The notes below the pieces were generated by a model that was not told the origin of the DNA, searched no databases, and was given only the letters and a program-made list of their open reading frames with translations. DNA of 64,000 bases from Coriobacteriaceae bacterium (GTDB lineage: Bacteria > Actinomycetota > Coriobacteriia > Coriobacteriales > Coriobacteriaceae), in NCBI GenBank assembly GCA_030525945.1, contig JAUNDT010000003.1:37319-101318 (forward strand), in the 5' to 3' direction. This document shows positions 19,356 through 28,410 of this stretch, piece by piece. A program made the translations under genes and the position numbers. Position 1 is the stretch's first letter. Each line of letters starts with the position of its first letter.

Positions 19356-19507
19356 GGCCGGGGCCGGGCATATACCGTCCGTCGCGAGCTTCGCACGAGC
19401 CGAAGGCCCCAGTGGGGCCTTCGTCGTGAGCAGGACTGTCTGAGCAGCGGATGGCATACGCCAGCCCCCGCCCCGGCCCAGACAGGCCCCGTGCTCGTAC
19501 TTTGCAG
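19355..19507 (+). repeat. Structured interspersed repeat, copy B (direct repeat of A)
   Basis: Near-identical to 18603-18753, including the tail ...tcgtactttgcag. Confidence 0.9.
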
Positions 19508-19535
19508 ATGCCCATCACTGCTCTGAGGAGATGAC

Positions 19536-20123
19536 GTGCGTATGAATTACGCGGAGATCAAGCACTTCGATATCGCCAACGGCGAGGGCGTGCGCACCAC
19601 GCTGTTCGTCTCGGGGTGCCGTCGCGGGTGCATGAACTGCTTCAACGAGGTCGCATGGAACTTTGCGGCTGGCAAGCCCTTCACGCGCGAGGTTGAAGAC
19701 GAGATTATCGAGAGCCTGCGCCCCAGCTACGTGGCGGGCCTCACGTTGTTGGGCGGCGAGCCCATGGAGCCCGAGAACCAGGAGGGCCTCGTGGACTTTC
19801 TCGAGCGTGTGCGCGAGGAGTTTCCCCGCGACTCGGGCAAGACCATCTGGTGCTTCACGGGCGACACGTGGGACCGCGAGCTCGTTGCGGGAGGGCGGCA
19901 CCACACCGCGTTCACCGAGCGACTGCTCGCGTGCGTGGACGTGCTCGTGGACGGGCCGTTCGTGCAGGACCTGTACGATATCCGCCTGCGCTTCCGCGGT
20001 TCCTCAAACCAGCGCATCATCGACATGCCGGCCACGCGCGCCGCGCTTGCTGCGGGCGAAGCCCCGGCGGACGCCGTGCGCCCGTGGCAGGACAAGGCGG
20101 TCTACGCCGATCACGCAATGTAG
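19536..20123 (+). CDS. nrdG: Anaerobic ribonucleotide reductase activating enzyme
   Basis: [26 protein letters not shown] and [11 protein letters not shown]. Confidence 0.95.
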   Translation: MRMNYAEIKHFDIANGEGVRTTLFVSGCRRGCMNCFNEVAWNFAAGKPFTREVEDEIIESLRPSYVAGLTLLGGEPMEPENQEGLVDFLERVREEFPRDSGKTIWCFTGDTWDRELVAGGRHHTAFTERLLACVDVLVDGPFVQDLYDIRLRFRGSSNQRIIDMPATRAALAAGEAPADAVRPWQDKAVYADHAM

Positions 20124-20185
20124 CGGGGCTGCGGCCCCGCCGTGGTACCATGGACCAAACTGAGGTGCTTGGAAAGCGGGCAGAG

Positions 20186-20743
20186 ATGGTTGATCAGCAA
20201 AAAGTGCGCGAGGCGGTTCGTCTTTTGCTTGAGGGCATAGGCGAGGATCCCACACGTGAGGGGCTGCTTGAGACCCCCGACCGCGTGGCTCGCATGTATA
20301 CCGAGCTCTGCGGCGGCATGGACCACGATGCCTCCGAGCATTTGGCAAAGACGTTCTCCGTGTCCGACGATGGGCTCGTTATCGAGCGCGACATCACGTT
20401 CTACTCCCTGTGTGAGCATCATATGCTGCCGTTTTACGGCAAGGTCGCCATTGGCTACCTGCCGAACGGGCGCGTTGCGGGCCTTTCAAAGCTCGCGCGC
20501 ACGGTCGAGGTGTACGCGCGCCGGCTGCAGCTGCAAGAGCAGCTCACCGCCCAGATCGCCGATGCCCTCATGGAGGAGCTCGGATGCCGCGGCGCCATCG
20601 TGTTTATTGAGGCTGAGCACATGTGCATGACCATGCGCGGCGTGCAAAAGCCCGGCACCAAGACGGCCACCCTGGCTCGTCGCGGCGCCTTTGCGGAAGA
20701 CCCGGAGCTCGAGGCCCGTTTCTTCCGCATGCTCGGGCGCTGA
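20186..20743 (+). CDS. folE: GTP cyclohydrolase I
   Basis: [30 protein letters not shown] and HMCMTMRGV. An alternative start lies at 20150. Confidence 0.95.
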   Translation: MVDQQKVREAVRLLLEGIGEDPTREGLLETPDRVARMYTELCGGMDHDASEHLAKTFSVSDDGLVIERDITFYSLCEHHMLPFYGKVAIGYLPNGRVAGLSKLARTVEVYARRLQLQEQLTAQIADALMEELGCRGAIVFIEAEHMCMTMRGVQKPGTKTATLARRGAFAEDPELEARFFRMLGR

Positions 20744-20840
20744 TTGCCCGTTCGCCGAATTCGCGACGGCGCGCATGAAGGGGTCCTGGTCTAAGCGGCT
20801 CCTTGCGTGTGCGCCGCTTTGATGTGTAGGGGTATGGACC

Positions 20841-21743
20841 ATGACTGAGCGATCTGCTCATACGCTGCCGCCCATCGAGGTTGTCGATGAGGTCGGGTCG
20901 ACAAATGCCGAAATGAAGACGCGTGCCCGTGCGGGAGCGGTCCATGGCTCGGCGCTGCAGGCGCTCGCCCAAACATCCGGCCGCGGCCAGCGAGCCCATA
21001 CCTGGACATCCCCCAAAGGCGGGCTGTACCTGTCGATCCTCATTCGCCCCGAGGTGCCAAAGGAGGCGCTTCCCGCCCTGCCCGTCGCGTGCGCGCTGGG
21101 CGCGTTGGGCGCGCTGCGCGAGGTCGGCTGCGTGCGGGCGAGCCTTAAGTGGCCGAACGACATCGTGGTGGGTGATCGCAAGGTTGCCGGCATCCTCACG
21201 GAGCTCGTGTCGTCGCCTGCTGGCGTGTTCGCCGTATGCGGTATCGGCGTCAACATGATGACGCCCGCCGTTATGGCAGACGAGCGCAACTGCGCGGCGC
21301 TGCATCCCACGGGGCTCATCGACGAGCTTGCTCCCAGTGCGCAGGCACCGTCGTTGCCCAAGCTGGCGGAGGTCGTTCGCGCGGGCGTTTTGGATGCCGT
21401 GCAAGGTTGGACGGACGCCTACGGGCAGGGCGGGGTGTATGTGGAGACGGGCCGCCCCGGCTCGCGTGTTCCCGGTGCGGACCCGCAGCGTTGGATCTTC
21501 GACCCCGTTCGCGCTGGCGCCGAAGGGCCTCTGGCACCGCTTCTCACGCCGTACAACGCGTGTCTGGCGTTCGTAGGCGCCCGTGTGCGCGTTATCGCCA
21601 TTGACGGCGCGGAAAAGGCCCGAGGAACGTTTTTGGGCGTTGACGGCTACGGCCATGCGCTCGTTGCCCTGGACAACGGCTCGGTGGGAACCTACGAGGC
21701 CGCCGATGCGTCCATTCGGCCCGTCGCGCAGCTCGCCCGATAG
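20841..21743 (+). CDS. birA: Biotin-protein ligase (no N-terminal HTH)
   Basis: STNAEM, QTSGRGQR..WTSPKGGLYLS, LKWPNDI, KVAGIL and GIGVN. Confidence 0.9.
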   Translation: MTERSAHTLPPIEVVDEVGSTNAEMKTRARAGAVHGSALQALAQTSGRGQRAHTWTSPKGGLYLSILIRPEVPKEALPALPVACALGALGALREVGCVRASLKWPNDIVVGDRKVAGILTELVSSPAGVFAVCGIGVNMMTPAVMADERNCAALHPTGLIDELAPSAQAPSLPKLAEVVRAGVLDAVQGWTDAYGQGGVYVETGRPGSRVPGADPQRWIFDPVRAGAEGPLAPLLTPYNACLAFVGARVRVIAIDGAEKARGTFLGVDGYGHALVALDNGSVGTYEAADASIRPVAQLAR

Positions 21744-21965
21744 CGAGTCGCACGGGGTCGATTGCAGGCAAGCCGGTTGACGGGGTCGGTTTGTCCCGTG
21801 ACCCGTTGCAATACCAGATATGTTGAAGAGCGGTGGGGCTCGCGTTGCACCAGCTTCGCGAGCCCCACTCATAGTGAATGCCGTATGCGGTTTTGCGACC
21901 CGCACGGCACGCAGCTTGCAGCTGGCAGCCGGCAGCTTTCAGCCCGCGCGGGTCGCCACGTAGCC

Positions 21966-23360
21966 TTATGCTACGTCCACGCTCACCGTGACCTCCTGTA
22001 GCGGCACGTCGTAGAACGGGTCCTCGCGGCGGCCGAGGAAGTCGCGCGCCTGCTCGGGGAACAGCGCGTAGGACAGCACGTCCTCCTCGGAGCGGGCGTA
22101 CTGGGCGATCTCCTCGCGCAAACGGGGCATCGCGGGCTCCAGCAGATCGGCGGGACGGCAGGTGATGACCTCGTCGTCGCCGATGATCGTGCGGCGGATC
22201 TTCTCCGAGATCGTCACCGGCGGACGTCCGTACTGGCCGCGGACGTAATCCTTGATCTCGGCGGGCACGACCTTGTAGCGCTCGCCTGAGATGACATTCA
22301 TGAGCGCCTGGGAGCCCACCATCTGCGACAGCGGCGTCACGAGCGGCGGGTAGCCCAGGTCGGCGCGCACACGGGGCACCTCGGTGAGGACCTCGGCGTA
22401 CTTGTCCTCCATGTGCAGGTCCTTGAGGTTCGCCAGCAGGTTGGAGAGCATGCCGCCCGGCACCTTATACAGCAGCGCCTTGGGCTCCACGCCCATGACC
22501 TTGGGATTGAGGCCGCCCTCGGCGAGGAAGCGGTTGCGGATGGGCAGGAAGTGCGCGGCGGCCGCCTCGAGCTTCTCGATATCCAGCCTGGTCTTGTACC
22601 CGAGCGCCTCCAGGGCGATGGCCATGGACTCGGTGGCGGGCTGGCTCGTGCCTTCGGCGAAGGGGGATGAGCAGGTGTCGATGATGTCGGCGCCCGCCTC
22701 GACGGCCTTGAGCAGGGTCATCTGGGCGATGCCCGCGGTGCCGTGGGTATGCAGCTGCAGGGGCAGGTCGCAGGAGGACTTGATCTCGCTCACCAGCTCA
22801 AAAGCCACGTCGGGGGTGAGCACGCCCGCCATATCCTTGATGCAGATGGAGTCGGCGCCGGCGCGCGCCATCTCGTTGGCGAGGCTCACGAAGTAACGCA
22901 CGGTGTGCACGTCGCTCGTGGTGTAGGAAATTGCTGCTTGGACCTCGCCGCCCGCCTCCTTGGCGGCGCGGATGGAGGTGGTGAGGTTGCGGGTGTCGTT
23001 CAGCGCGTCAAAGATGCGCACGACGTCGATGCCGTTCTCAACGGACTTCTTGACGAGCGCCTCGACCACGTCGTCGGGGTAATTGCGGTAGCCGAGCAGG
23101 TTCTGACCGCGCAGCAGCATCTGCAGCTTGGTGTTCTTCACATGCGCGCGAATGGTGCGCAGGCGCTCCCACGGGTCCTCGTTGAGGTAGCGCAGGCAGC
23201 TGTCGAACGTGGCGCCGCCCCAGACCTCGAGCGACTCGAAGCCGGCGGCGTCGAGCGTTTCGAGAATCGGGAGCATGTCCTCGATGGGCATGCGGGTGGC
23301 GATTTGGCTTTGCTGGCCGTCACGCAGGACGGTCTCCATAAAGCGAACGGTGCGGGTCAT
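21966..23360 (-). CDS. oadA: Oxaloacetate decarboxylase alpha subunit (carboxyltransferase, no biotin domain)
   Basis: LRDGQQS, WGGATFD, QMLLRGQN, IKDMAG, LHTHGT, VPGGMLSN and LVTPLSQ. Confidence 0.9.
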   Translation of the reverse strand: MTRTVRFMETVLRDGQQSQIATRMPIEDMLPILETLDAAGFESLEVWGGATFDSCLRYLNEDPWERLRTIRAHVKNTKLQMLLRGQNLLGYRNYPDDVVEALVKKSVENGIDVVRIFDALNDTRNLTTSIRAAKEAGGEVQAAISYTTSDVHTVRYFVSLANEMARAGADSICIKDMAGVLTPDVAFELVSEIKSSCDLPLQLHTHGTAGIAQMTLLKAVEAGADIIDTCSSPFAEGTSQPATESMAIALEALGYKTRLDIEKLEAAAAHFLPIRNRFLAEGGLNPKVMGVEPKALLYKVPGGMLSNLLANLKDLHMEDKYAEVLTEVPRVRADLGYPPLVTPLSQMVGSQALMNVISGERYKVVPAEIKDYVRGQYGRPPVTISEKIRRTIIGDDEVITCRPADLLEPAMPRLREEIAQYARSEEDVLSYALFPEQARDFLGRREDPFYDVPLQEVTVSVDVA

Positions 23361-23363
23361 GTC

Positions 23364-23516
23364 TTACGCCTCCTTCGACGGCGGGAAGAGTCGGGCAAGA
23401 GCGAGTGAGATCAGGTAGATGACGAGCATGACGACGAAGATGCCGCCCCATCCGGTTACAAGGATCTGCAGGGCCATGTCCATGCCCTCGGGCAGTGTGG
23501 CGAGCAGCTGTTCCAT
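23364..23516 (-). CDS. Small OadG-like membrane subunit (50 aa; below the ORF-track cutoff)
   Basis: RBS gggagg; MEQLLATLPEGMDMALQILVTGWGGIFVVMLVIYLISLALARLFPPSKEA; one TM helix; sits between oadB and oadA. Confidence 0.8.
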   Translation of the reverse strand: MEQLLATLPEGMDMALQILVTGWGGIFVVMLVIYLISLALARLFPPSKEA

Positions 23517-23531
23517 GATGATCCTCCCTTC

Positions 23532-24647
23532 CTAGAGCAACAGGCCGAGCACGAGTCCGCCGGCGACGACCGATGCGATCTGACCGGCGACGTTGGCGCC
23601 TGCGGCCTGCATGAGTATGAAGTTCTGCGGGTCGGCTTCGGTGGCCATCTTCTGGACCACGCGCGAGCTCATGGGGAACGCGGAGATGCCCGCCGCGCCT
23701 ACCATGGGGTTGATCTTTTCCTTGCGGAAGAGGTTGAGCAGCTTGACGAACATCACGCCGCCCACGGAGTCCATGATGAAGCCCACGAGGCCCAGGCCCA
23801 TGACGAGCAGGGTGTCGAACTGCAGGAAGTCGTGGTACTCCATCTTGACCGAGACGCACAGGCCCAAAAGGATGGACACGAGGTTCACGAGCTCGTTTTG
23901 AGCCGACACGGACAGGCGGTCGAGCACGCCGCACTCACGCAGCAGGTTGCCGAACATGAGGAAGCCCACGAGCGGGAGCGACACGGGTGCGATCAGGCCC
24001 GCCACGATGCAGATGATGACGGGGAACAGGATCTTCGCGGTTTTGGAGACCTCGCCGGGGCGGTAGTTCATGCGGATCTGGCGCTCTTTTTTGGTGGTGC
24101 AGGCCTTGATGGCGATGGGCTGGATGATGGGCACGAGCGCCATGTAGGAGTACGCGGCGACCATGATGGCGCCCATGTATTTGGAGCCCAGGGCATTGGC
24201 GACGAAGATCGACGTGGGTCCGTCAGCCGCGGCGATGATGCCGATCGAGGCGCTGTCGGCGATGTCGAAGCCCAGCAGTGTGGCAACGATAATGACGAAG
24301 AAGATGCCGAACTGCGCCGCGGCGCCAAAGAGCAACAAAAACGGATTGGCGAGCAGCGGGCCGAAGTCGATCATGGCGCCGATGCCGATGAACAGCAAAA
24401 GAGGGAACAGCTCGGTTTCGATGCCGGCGTCGAACAGGATTTGGAACGGGCCCGCCGCGTCGCCGGTCATGAGCACGCCCGACATGGGGATGTTCACCAG
24501 GATGGTGCCCAAACCCATGGGCACGAGCAGCGTGGGCTCGTATTCCTTCTTAATGCCCAGGTACATGAGAACGCAGCCGATGAGGATCATCGCGATGCGT
24601 CCCGGCTCGGCGATGAGCGCCTGCACGCCGTCGAGTAGGATTTCCAT
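23532..24647 (-). CDS. oadB: Na+-translocating decarboxylase beta subunit
   Basis: EYEPTLLVPMG, FIGIGAMIDFGPL, IGIIAAADGPTSI, AYSYMALVP and GANVAGQI. Confidence 0.94.
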   Translation of the reverse strand: MEILLDGVQALIAEPGRIAMILIGCVLMYLGIKKEYEPTLLVPMGLGTILVNIPMSGVLMTGDAAGPFQILFDAGIETELFPLLLFIGIGAMIDFGPLLANPFLLLFGAAAQFGIFFVIIVATLLGFDIADSASIGIIAAADGPTSIFVANALGSKYMGAIMVAAYSYMALVPIIQPIAIKACTTKKERQIRMNYRPGEVSKTAKILFPVIICIVAGLIAPVSLPLVGFLMFGNLLRECGVLDRLSVSAQNELVNLVSILLGLCVSVKMEYHDFLQFDTLLVMGLGLVGFIMDSVGGVMFVKLLNLFRKEKINPMVGAAGISAFPMSSRVVQKMATEADPQNFILMQAAGANVAGQIASVVAGGLVLGLLL

Positions 24648-24665
24648 AGTGCCTCGATTCTGGAT

Positions 24666-24692
24666 AAAAACGCCGCCTTTGCCAGGCGGCGT
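24666..24692 (-). terminator. Intra-operon terminator-like hairpin between the biotin carrier gene and oadB
   Basis: On the minus strand, acgccgcct-ggcaa-aggcggcgt followed by tttt. Confidence 0.55.
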
Positions 24693-24704
24693 GAAAACGC
24701 GGGG

Positions 24705-25112
24705 TTAGGAGATGGAGAAAAGCGTGTCGCCCGGGTTCACCATGGCGCCCTTCGCCACGTCGATGGAGGCGATGACGCCGCCCTTGTCCGCAACGACCTC
24801 GTTCTCCATCTTCATTGCCTCGAGCACCATGATGGGCTGGTTGGCGGTAACCGTGTCGCCGACTTTCACGTGGATGTCGAGGATGGTGCCGGGCATCGGC
24901 GCCGTTTGCACGTGCGCGCCTGCGGGGGCTGCGGTGGGAGCAGGGGCTGCAGGCGCGGCGGGAGCCGGGGCAGGTGCGGGTGCGGGAGCCGGAGCGGGAG
25001 CCGCCACGGGCGCGGGCGCGGCGTCGGCAGGCGTCGGCTGCGGGGCGCCGACCTCCTCCATCTCTACCAAATACTGAGTCCCGTCGATCGAGATCTTGAA
25101 TTTACGCAGCAT
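24705..25112 (-). CDS. Biotin carboxyl carrier subunit of the decarboxylase (OadD-like)
   Basis: Ala/Pro linker, APMPGTI and the EAMKM biotinyl lysine motif. Confidence 0.93.
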   Translation of the reverse strand: MLRKFKISIDGTQYLVEMEEVGAPQPTPADAAPAPVAAPAPAPAPAPAPAPAAPAAPAPTAAPAGAHVQTAPMPGTILDIHVKVGDTVTANQPIMVLEAMKMENEVVADKGGVIASIDVAKGAMVNPGDTLFSIS

Positions 25113-25491
25113 GGCTGCCCTCCTCTTTCATCTTGTAGATGTTCTTGACCGTAAAAGAGCTCTTTTCGAGCGCGCCAGCGGCGAGCGCCGTGGCGATAAC
25201 CGAGACCAGGCGGTGCTCGGGATTGGCAATGAGCACGCGCTTAACGCGGAGCTCGCTTGTTGGGTGGTCGCCCGCGGCGATGGCCGAGGCGATGACGCAG
25301 GCATGCGTATGCTCATGCGGGTCGACCGGCACGTACGCGGGCACGGGCTCCCAAACGGAGCTGTCGGGCGCGGCCGGCTGGGTGCTCGGCGCGGGAGCCG
25401 CCTGGGGCTGCGCGCTTTCTCGGTGCGGCTCGGATACCTTGCGAACGCGCGCCGATGCTGCGCGGTTTTTAATCCAAGTTCGAAGTCCCAT
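25102..25491 (-). CDS. OadH-like soluble accessory subunit
   Basis: Duplicated VIASAIAAG / VIATALAAG motif with NPE; first gene of the operon. The resemblance to Enterococcus OadH is from memory. Confidence 0.55.
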   Translation of the reverse strand: MGLRTWIKNRAASARVRKVSEPHRESAQPQAAPAPSTQPAAPDSSVWEPVPAYVPVDPHEHTHACVIASAIAAGDHPTSELRVKRVLIANPEHRLVSVIATALAAGALEKSSFTVKNIYKMKEEGSHAA

Positions 25492-25682
25492 ATCGTTCCT
25501 TCCTGCGGAGCGGCTGGACACGGGCGTTAAGGCGCCGCGCATATGCCCCGCAGCTCCCTATCGTAGCGAGATTTGTAGGAATTGTGGCGAGCGCAAGGGG
25601 TAACTTCGGCGAGCGGCATTGATATGTCGAGGGGTGGTATTTCGTTTTACTCCTCGGCGTTCTTGTGCCCGAGTGATCGGGC

Positions 25683-26378
25683 ATGGTGCGCCGCGGGTAC
25701 AACAAGCCAAAGACTCGCAAGAAGGGGGATGCGTTGAGGCGCGTGCAAGCGATATGGGAAAGCCCGCGATTCCAGGTGGCGCTCGAGGGCATCGAGCGTG
25801 CGGAGCGCGACCGCGTGTATTGCCGGCATGGTTTTGGGCACCTGCTCGATGTGGCGCGCATCGCCTGGATTTTGAATCTCGAACGCGGCTGTGCGTTCGA
25901 GCGCGAGCTGGTGTATGCGGCGGCGCTACTGCACGATATCGGGCGTGGTGCGCAGTATGCCACGGGCGAGCCTCATGACGAGGCGGGCTCGCGCGTGGCG
26001 GCGGCCATTCTGGACGAGCTGCCGGCTGAGTCGCGTTTTCCCGAACGTGAGCGTGAGGCGATTCTCGCCGCCGTGCGCGGCCATCGCGGCGCCGCGTGTG
26101 GCGGCAGTGGCGATGCGCGCGGCGCTGGCGGCGACACGTGTGGCAATGACGGCGATGCACGCGGCGCTGGCGGCGACACGTGTGGCAATGACGGCTTTGC
26201 GTATGGCGGTGCTGGAGATGTGCGCGGCTGTCGGGTGAGCGAGCCAGAAGTGCCGCTTGAGCAGCTGGCGCAGCTAATTAGCGAGGCCGACGGCCTCTCA
26301 CGCCCCTGCTACGCCTGCCCGGCGCGCGAGGGGTGTTACTGGACCGATGAGCGCAAGAACCTCAAGCTCGATATATAG
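25683..26378 (+). CDS. HD-domain metal-dependent phosphohydrolase
   Basis: CRHGFGHLLDVAR, AALLHDIGR, HR and EADGLSR; C-terminal CxxCxxxxxC. The true start may be TTG at 25734. Confidence 0.82.
   Translation: MVRRGYNKPKTRKKGDALRRVQAIWESPRFQVALEGIERAERDRVYCRHGFGHLLDVARIAWILNLERGCAFERELVYAAALLHDIGRGAQYATGEPHDEAGSRVAAAILDELPAESRFPEREREAILAAVRGHRGAACGGSGDARGAGGDTCGNDGDARGAGGDTCGNDGFAYGGAGDVRGCRVSEPEVPLEQLAQLISEADGLSRPCYACPAREGCYWTDERKNLKLDI
26109..26192 (+). repeat. In-frame 42-bp tandem duplication (GDARGAGGDTCGND x2)
   Basis: Directly visible; one mismatch between the units. Confidence 0.9.
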
Positions 26379-26410
26379 ATGAGCCGTCGCTTTCGTGGAA
26401 AGGACCTGCC

Positions 26411-26893
26411 ATGGATATGAAGCATCTGCCCGAGAACATCGCCGACGACCGCGGGGCGCTCGCGCGCCGCGATGCGCAGACGCCGGCTCTGAGGACGCAG
26501 CTCGCGCGCGTGCCCGCCGATCAGCTGCGCCTGCTCGACAAGATCAATATCGACAAGCTCGAGGTGTTCGCCAACCACGGTGTCTTCCCCGAGGAAAATG
26601 CCCTCGGGCAAAAGTTCGTTGTGAGCGTGACGTTCTACACCGATACGCGCCGGGCGGGGGAGACCGACGACCTTTCGGCCTCCATTCACTACGGCGAGGC
26701 CGCGCACGCCATCGACGAGTTCATGCGCGCGCATACGTTCAAGCTCATCGAGGCGGCTGCGGAAGGCGTTGCCTCCATGCTGCTCGAGCGCTATCCGAGC
26801 GCCTACGGCGTGCGCGTCAAGCTCGAGAAGCCCTGGGCGCCCGTGGGGCTGCCCCTGCAGTCGGTGTCCGTTGAGATCGAGCGCACCCGTTAA
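26411..26893 (+). CDS. folB: Dihydroneopterin aldolase with an N-terminal extension
   Basis: HGVFPEENALGQKF, SIHYGE, KLIEAAAE and VKLEKPWAP. Confidence 0.9.
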   Translation: MDMKHLPENIADDRGALARRDAQTPALRTQLARVPADQLRLLDKINIDKLEVFANHGVFPEENALGQKFVVSVTFYTDTRRAGETDDLSASIHYGEAAHAIDEFMRAHTFKLIEAAAEGVASMLLERYPSAYGVRVKLEKPWAPVGLPLQSVSVEIERTR

Positions 26894-27094
26894 GCGCGTT
26901 GCCTGCGGGGCTTGCCCAGCGGTTTGGTTGCCGGGTTCATACACGGCGGCGACTCATGTGCAGCGGCGCCCTGAGATTTGCGGCTCAGCCCCGGCGATTG
27001 CGGCGCCGCGGCTCATAGCCTGGCACCCGCCGCTCCTTTGAGGCTCTATGGTCCATAGCCCGGCACCTGCCGTTCCTTTGAAGAAGGGTTAACG

Positions 27095-28159
27095 ATGATT
27101 GACGAGACGAGAAACGCCTCCCCTGTCCCGCCTGCGGGATGCCCGAATGAGGACGGTGCGGAGGACCATACGTTCTTGGACGGGCTTGAATCGCAAGGGC
27201 CGGTCGGGTTGGGTCATAAGGTCAAGTGGATCGCCGCGATGGCGGGCGTCTTTTTGCTGTTCATAGTGGTGCAGGTAGCGGCTCTGCCGACGCTTCGGGG
27301 CCTTTCGGCGGGGTTCCATGCAATTCGAGAGGCGGAGACCTACGCGCTCGAAACAGGAGAGGCTCCTTCAGAGGCGGAGATCGCGCGGCTGCAGGAAGAA
27401 GGCCTGCAGTCCTCGCTTGATTCCTCCTCGGTTGAGGGACAGATGGTTGAGGCGTCCGCGCAGCTCGTGGTGCTCGGCGTGATGTATCTGATGTGGCATC
27501 GGGTGCGCAAACGCGGATTCGTGCCGCCGCGGGCCCCGGGGTTTTCCAAGCGTACGGTGTACAGGATCTTTGCGGGTCTTGCGATTGCGGGCATGGGTTT
27601 TCAATTTACTTGCTCGACGTTGCTCACCTTGATTGTACCGTTTTTTGAAGGGGCGTTTGCGGAGTACGATGCGCTTATGCAGCCTGCCGTTGGCGATGCG
27701 GCTTACGTCGAGTTCATATCGATTGTGATCCTCGCTCCGGTCCTTGAGGAGATGTGCTGCCGCGGCGTTATGCTCGAGTTCGGCTTGCGCGCTTTGCGCC
27801 CATGGAGCAGCAGGACGGGCGCTTGCGGCGTCGATGTCCCGTCTAAGGCCTTTTGGCTCGCCAACTTTTTGCAGGCGTCTGCTTTTGCAGTGCTGCATCT
27901 CAATGTGATACAGGGGTCCTATGCGCTGGTTTTGGGTATGGTGTTCGGTTATGTGTACTGGCGTACGGGCAAGTTGCGGTACCCGATAGCCCTGCATGCC
28001 GCGGTTAATGCAAGCTCGTATCTTATAAACGTGCCGGCAAGTATGTTGCCGCCGCGTCTTTCTATTCTTGCCATCGGCGTTCTCGGGATTGCACTTCTGG
28101 CGCTTGCGTGGCGCTTGCTTAAGTCCATATTGGCAACGCAGCCCAGCCGCGGCGTGTAA
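27095..28159 (+). CDS. CPBP/Abi-family intramembrane glutamic endopeptidase
   Basis: APVLEEMCCRG, FAVLH and IALHAAVN; multiple TM segments. Confidence 0.85.
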   Translation: MIDETRNASPVPPAGCPNEDGAEDHTFLDGLESQGPVGLGHKVKWIAAMAGVFLLFIVVQVAALPTLRGLSAGFHAIREAETYALETGEAPSEAEIARLQEEGLQSSLDSSSVEGQMVEASAQLVVLGVMYLMWHRVRKRGFVPPRAPGFSKRTVYRIFAGLAIAGMGFQFTCSTLLTLIVPFFEGAFAEYDALMQPAVGDAAYVEFISIVILAPVLEEMCCRGVMLEFGLRALRPWSSRTGACGVDVPSKAFWLANFLQASAFAVLHLNVIQGSYALVLGMVFGYVYWRTGKLRYPIALHAAVNASSYLINVPASMLPPRLSILAIGVLGIALLALAWRLLKSILATQPSRGV

Positions 28160-28189
28160 TTCGACTTCGCGCGCCGCACCGATACGCTT

Positions 28190-28293
28190 GCATATGCGTG
28201 GCATTGCAGGCTCGGGCATATGCGCGGCGCTGCAGGCCCGGACAGATGCGTTGCGCTGCAGGTCCGGGCATATGCCCGGTTCTGCAGGCTCGG
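28190..28293 (+). repeat. Four tandem 26-bp degenerate repeats
   Basis: Units such as gcatatgcgcggcgctgcaggcccgg start at 28190, 28216, 28242 and 28268. Confidence 0.85.
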
Positions 28294-28410
28294 TTTCATT
28301 CTGCGGTCCCCGCATACTGGATTACAACGGCTCTCGCGCGCCAGATTATGGGGTGCTCTGCATCGAATCCAAGTGTTGTACTGTGCCGGGCCCAAAGGCT
28401 GCTTGCGTAA

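Noticed and set aside
18603-19507. Integron attC sites around the TA pair
   Set aside because: No RYYYAAC/GTTRRRY cores at the hairpin ends and no integron integrase in the window.
21810-21826. Third NrdR-like box (aataccagatatgttga), sharing 12 nt with box 2
   Set aside because: A single box between convergent gene ends (birA/oadA) with no promoter to regulate; probably chance.
28198-28410. Cys-containing 70-aa ORF as the radical SAM precursor
   Set aside because: It is only a translation of the 26-bp tandem repeat, has no RBS, and lies outside the repeat-bounded island.
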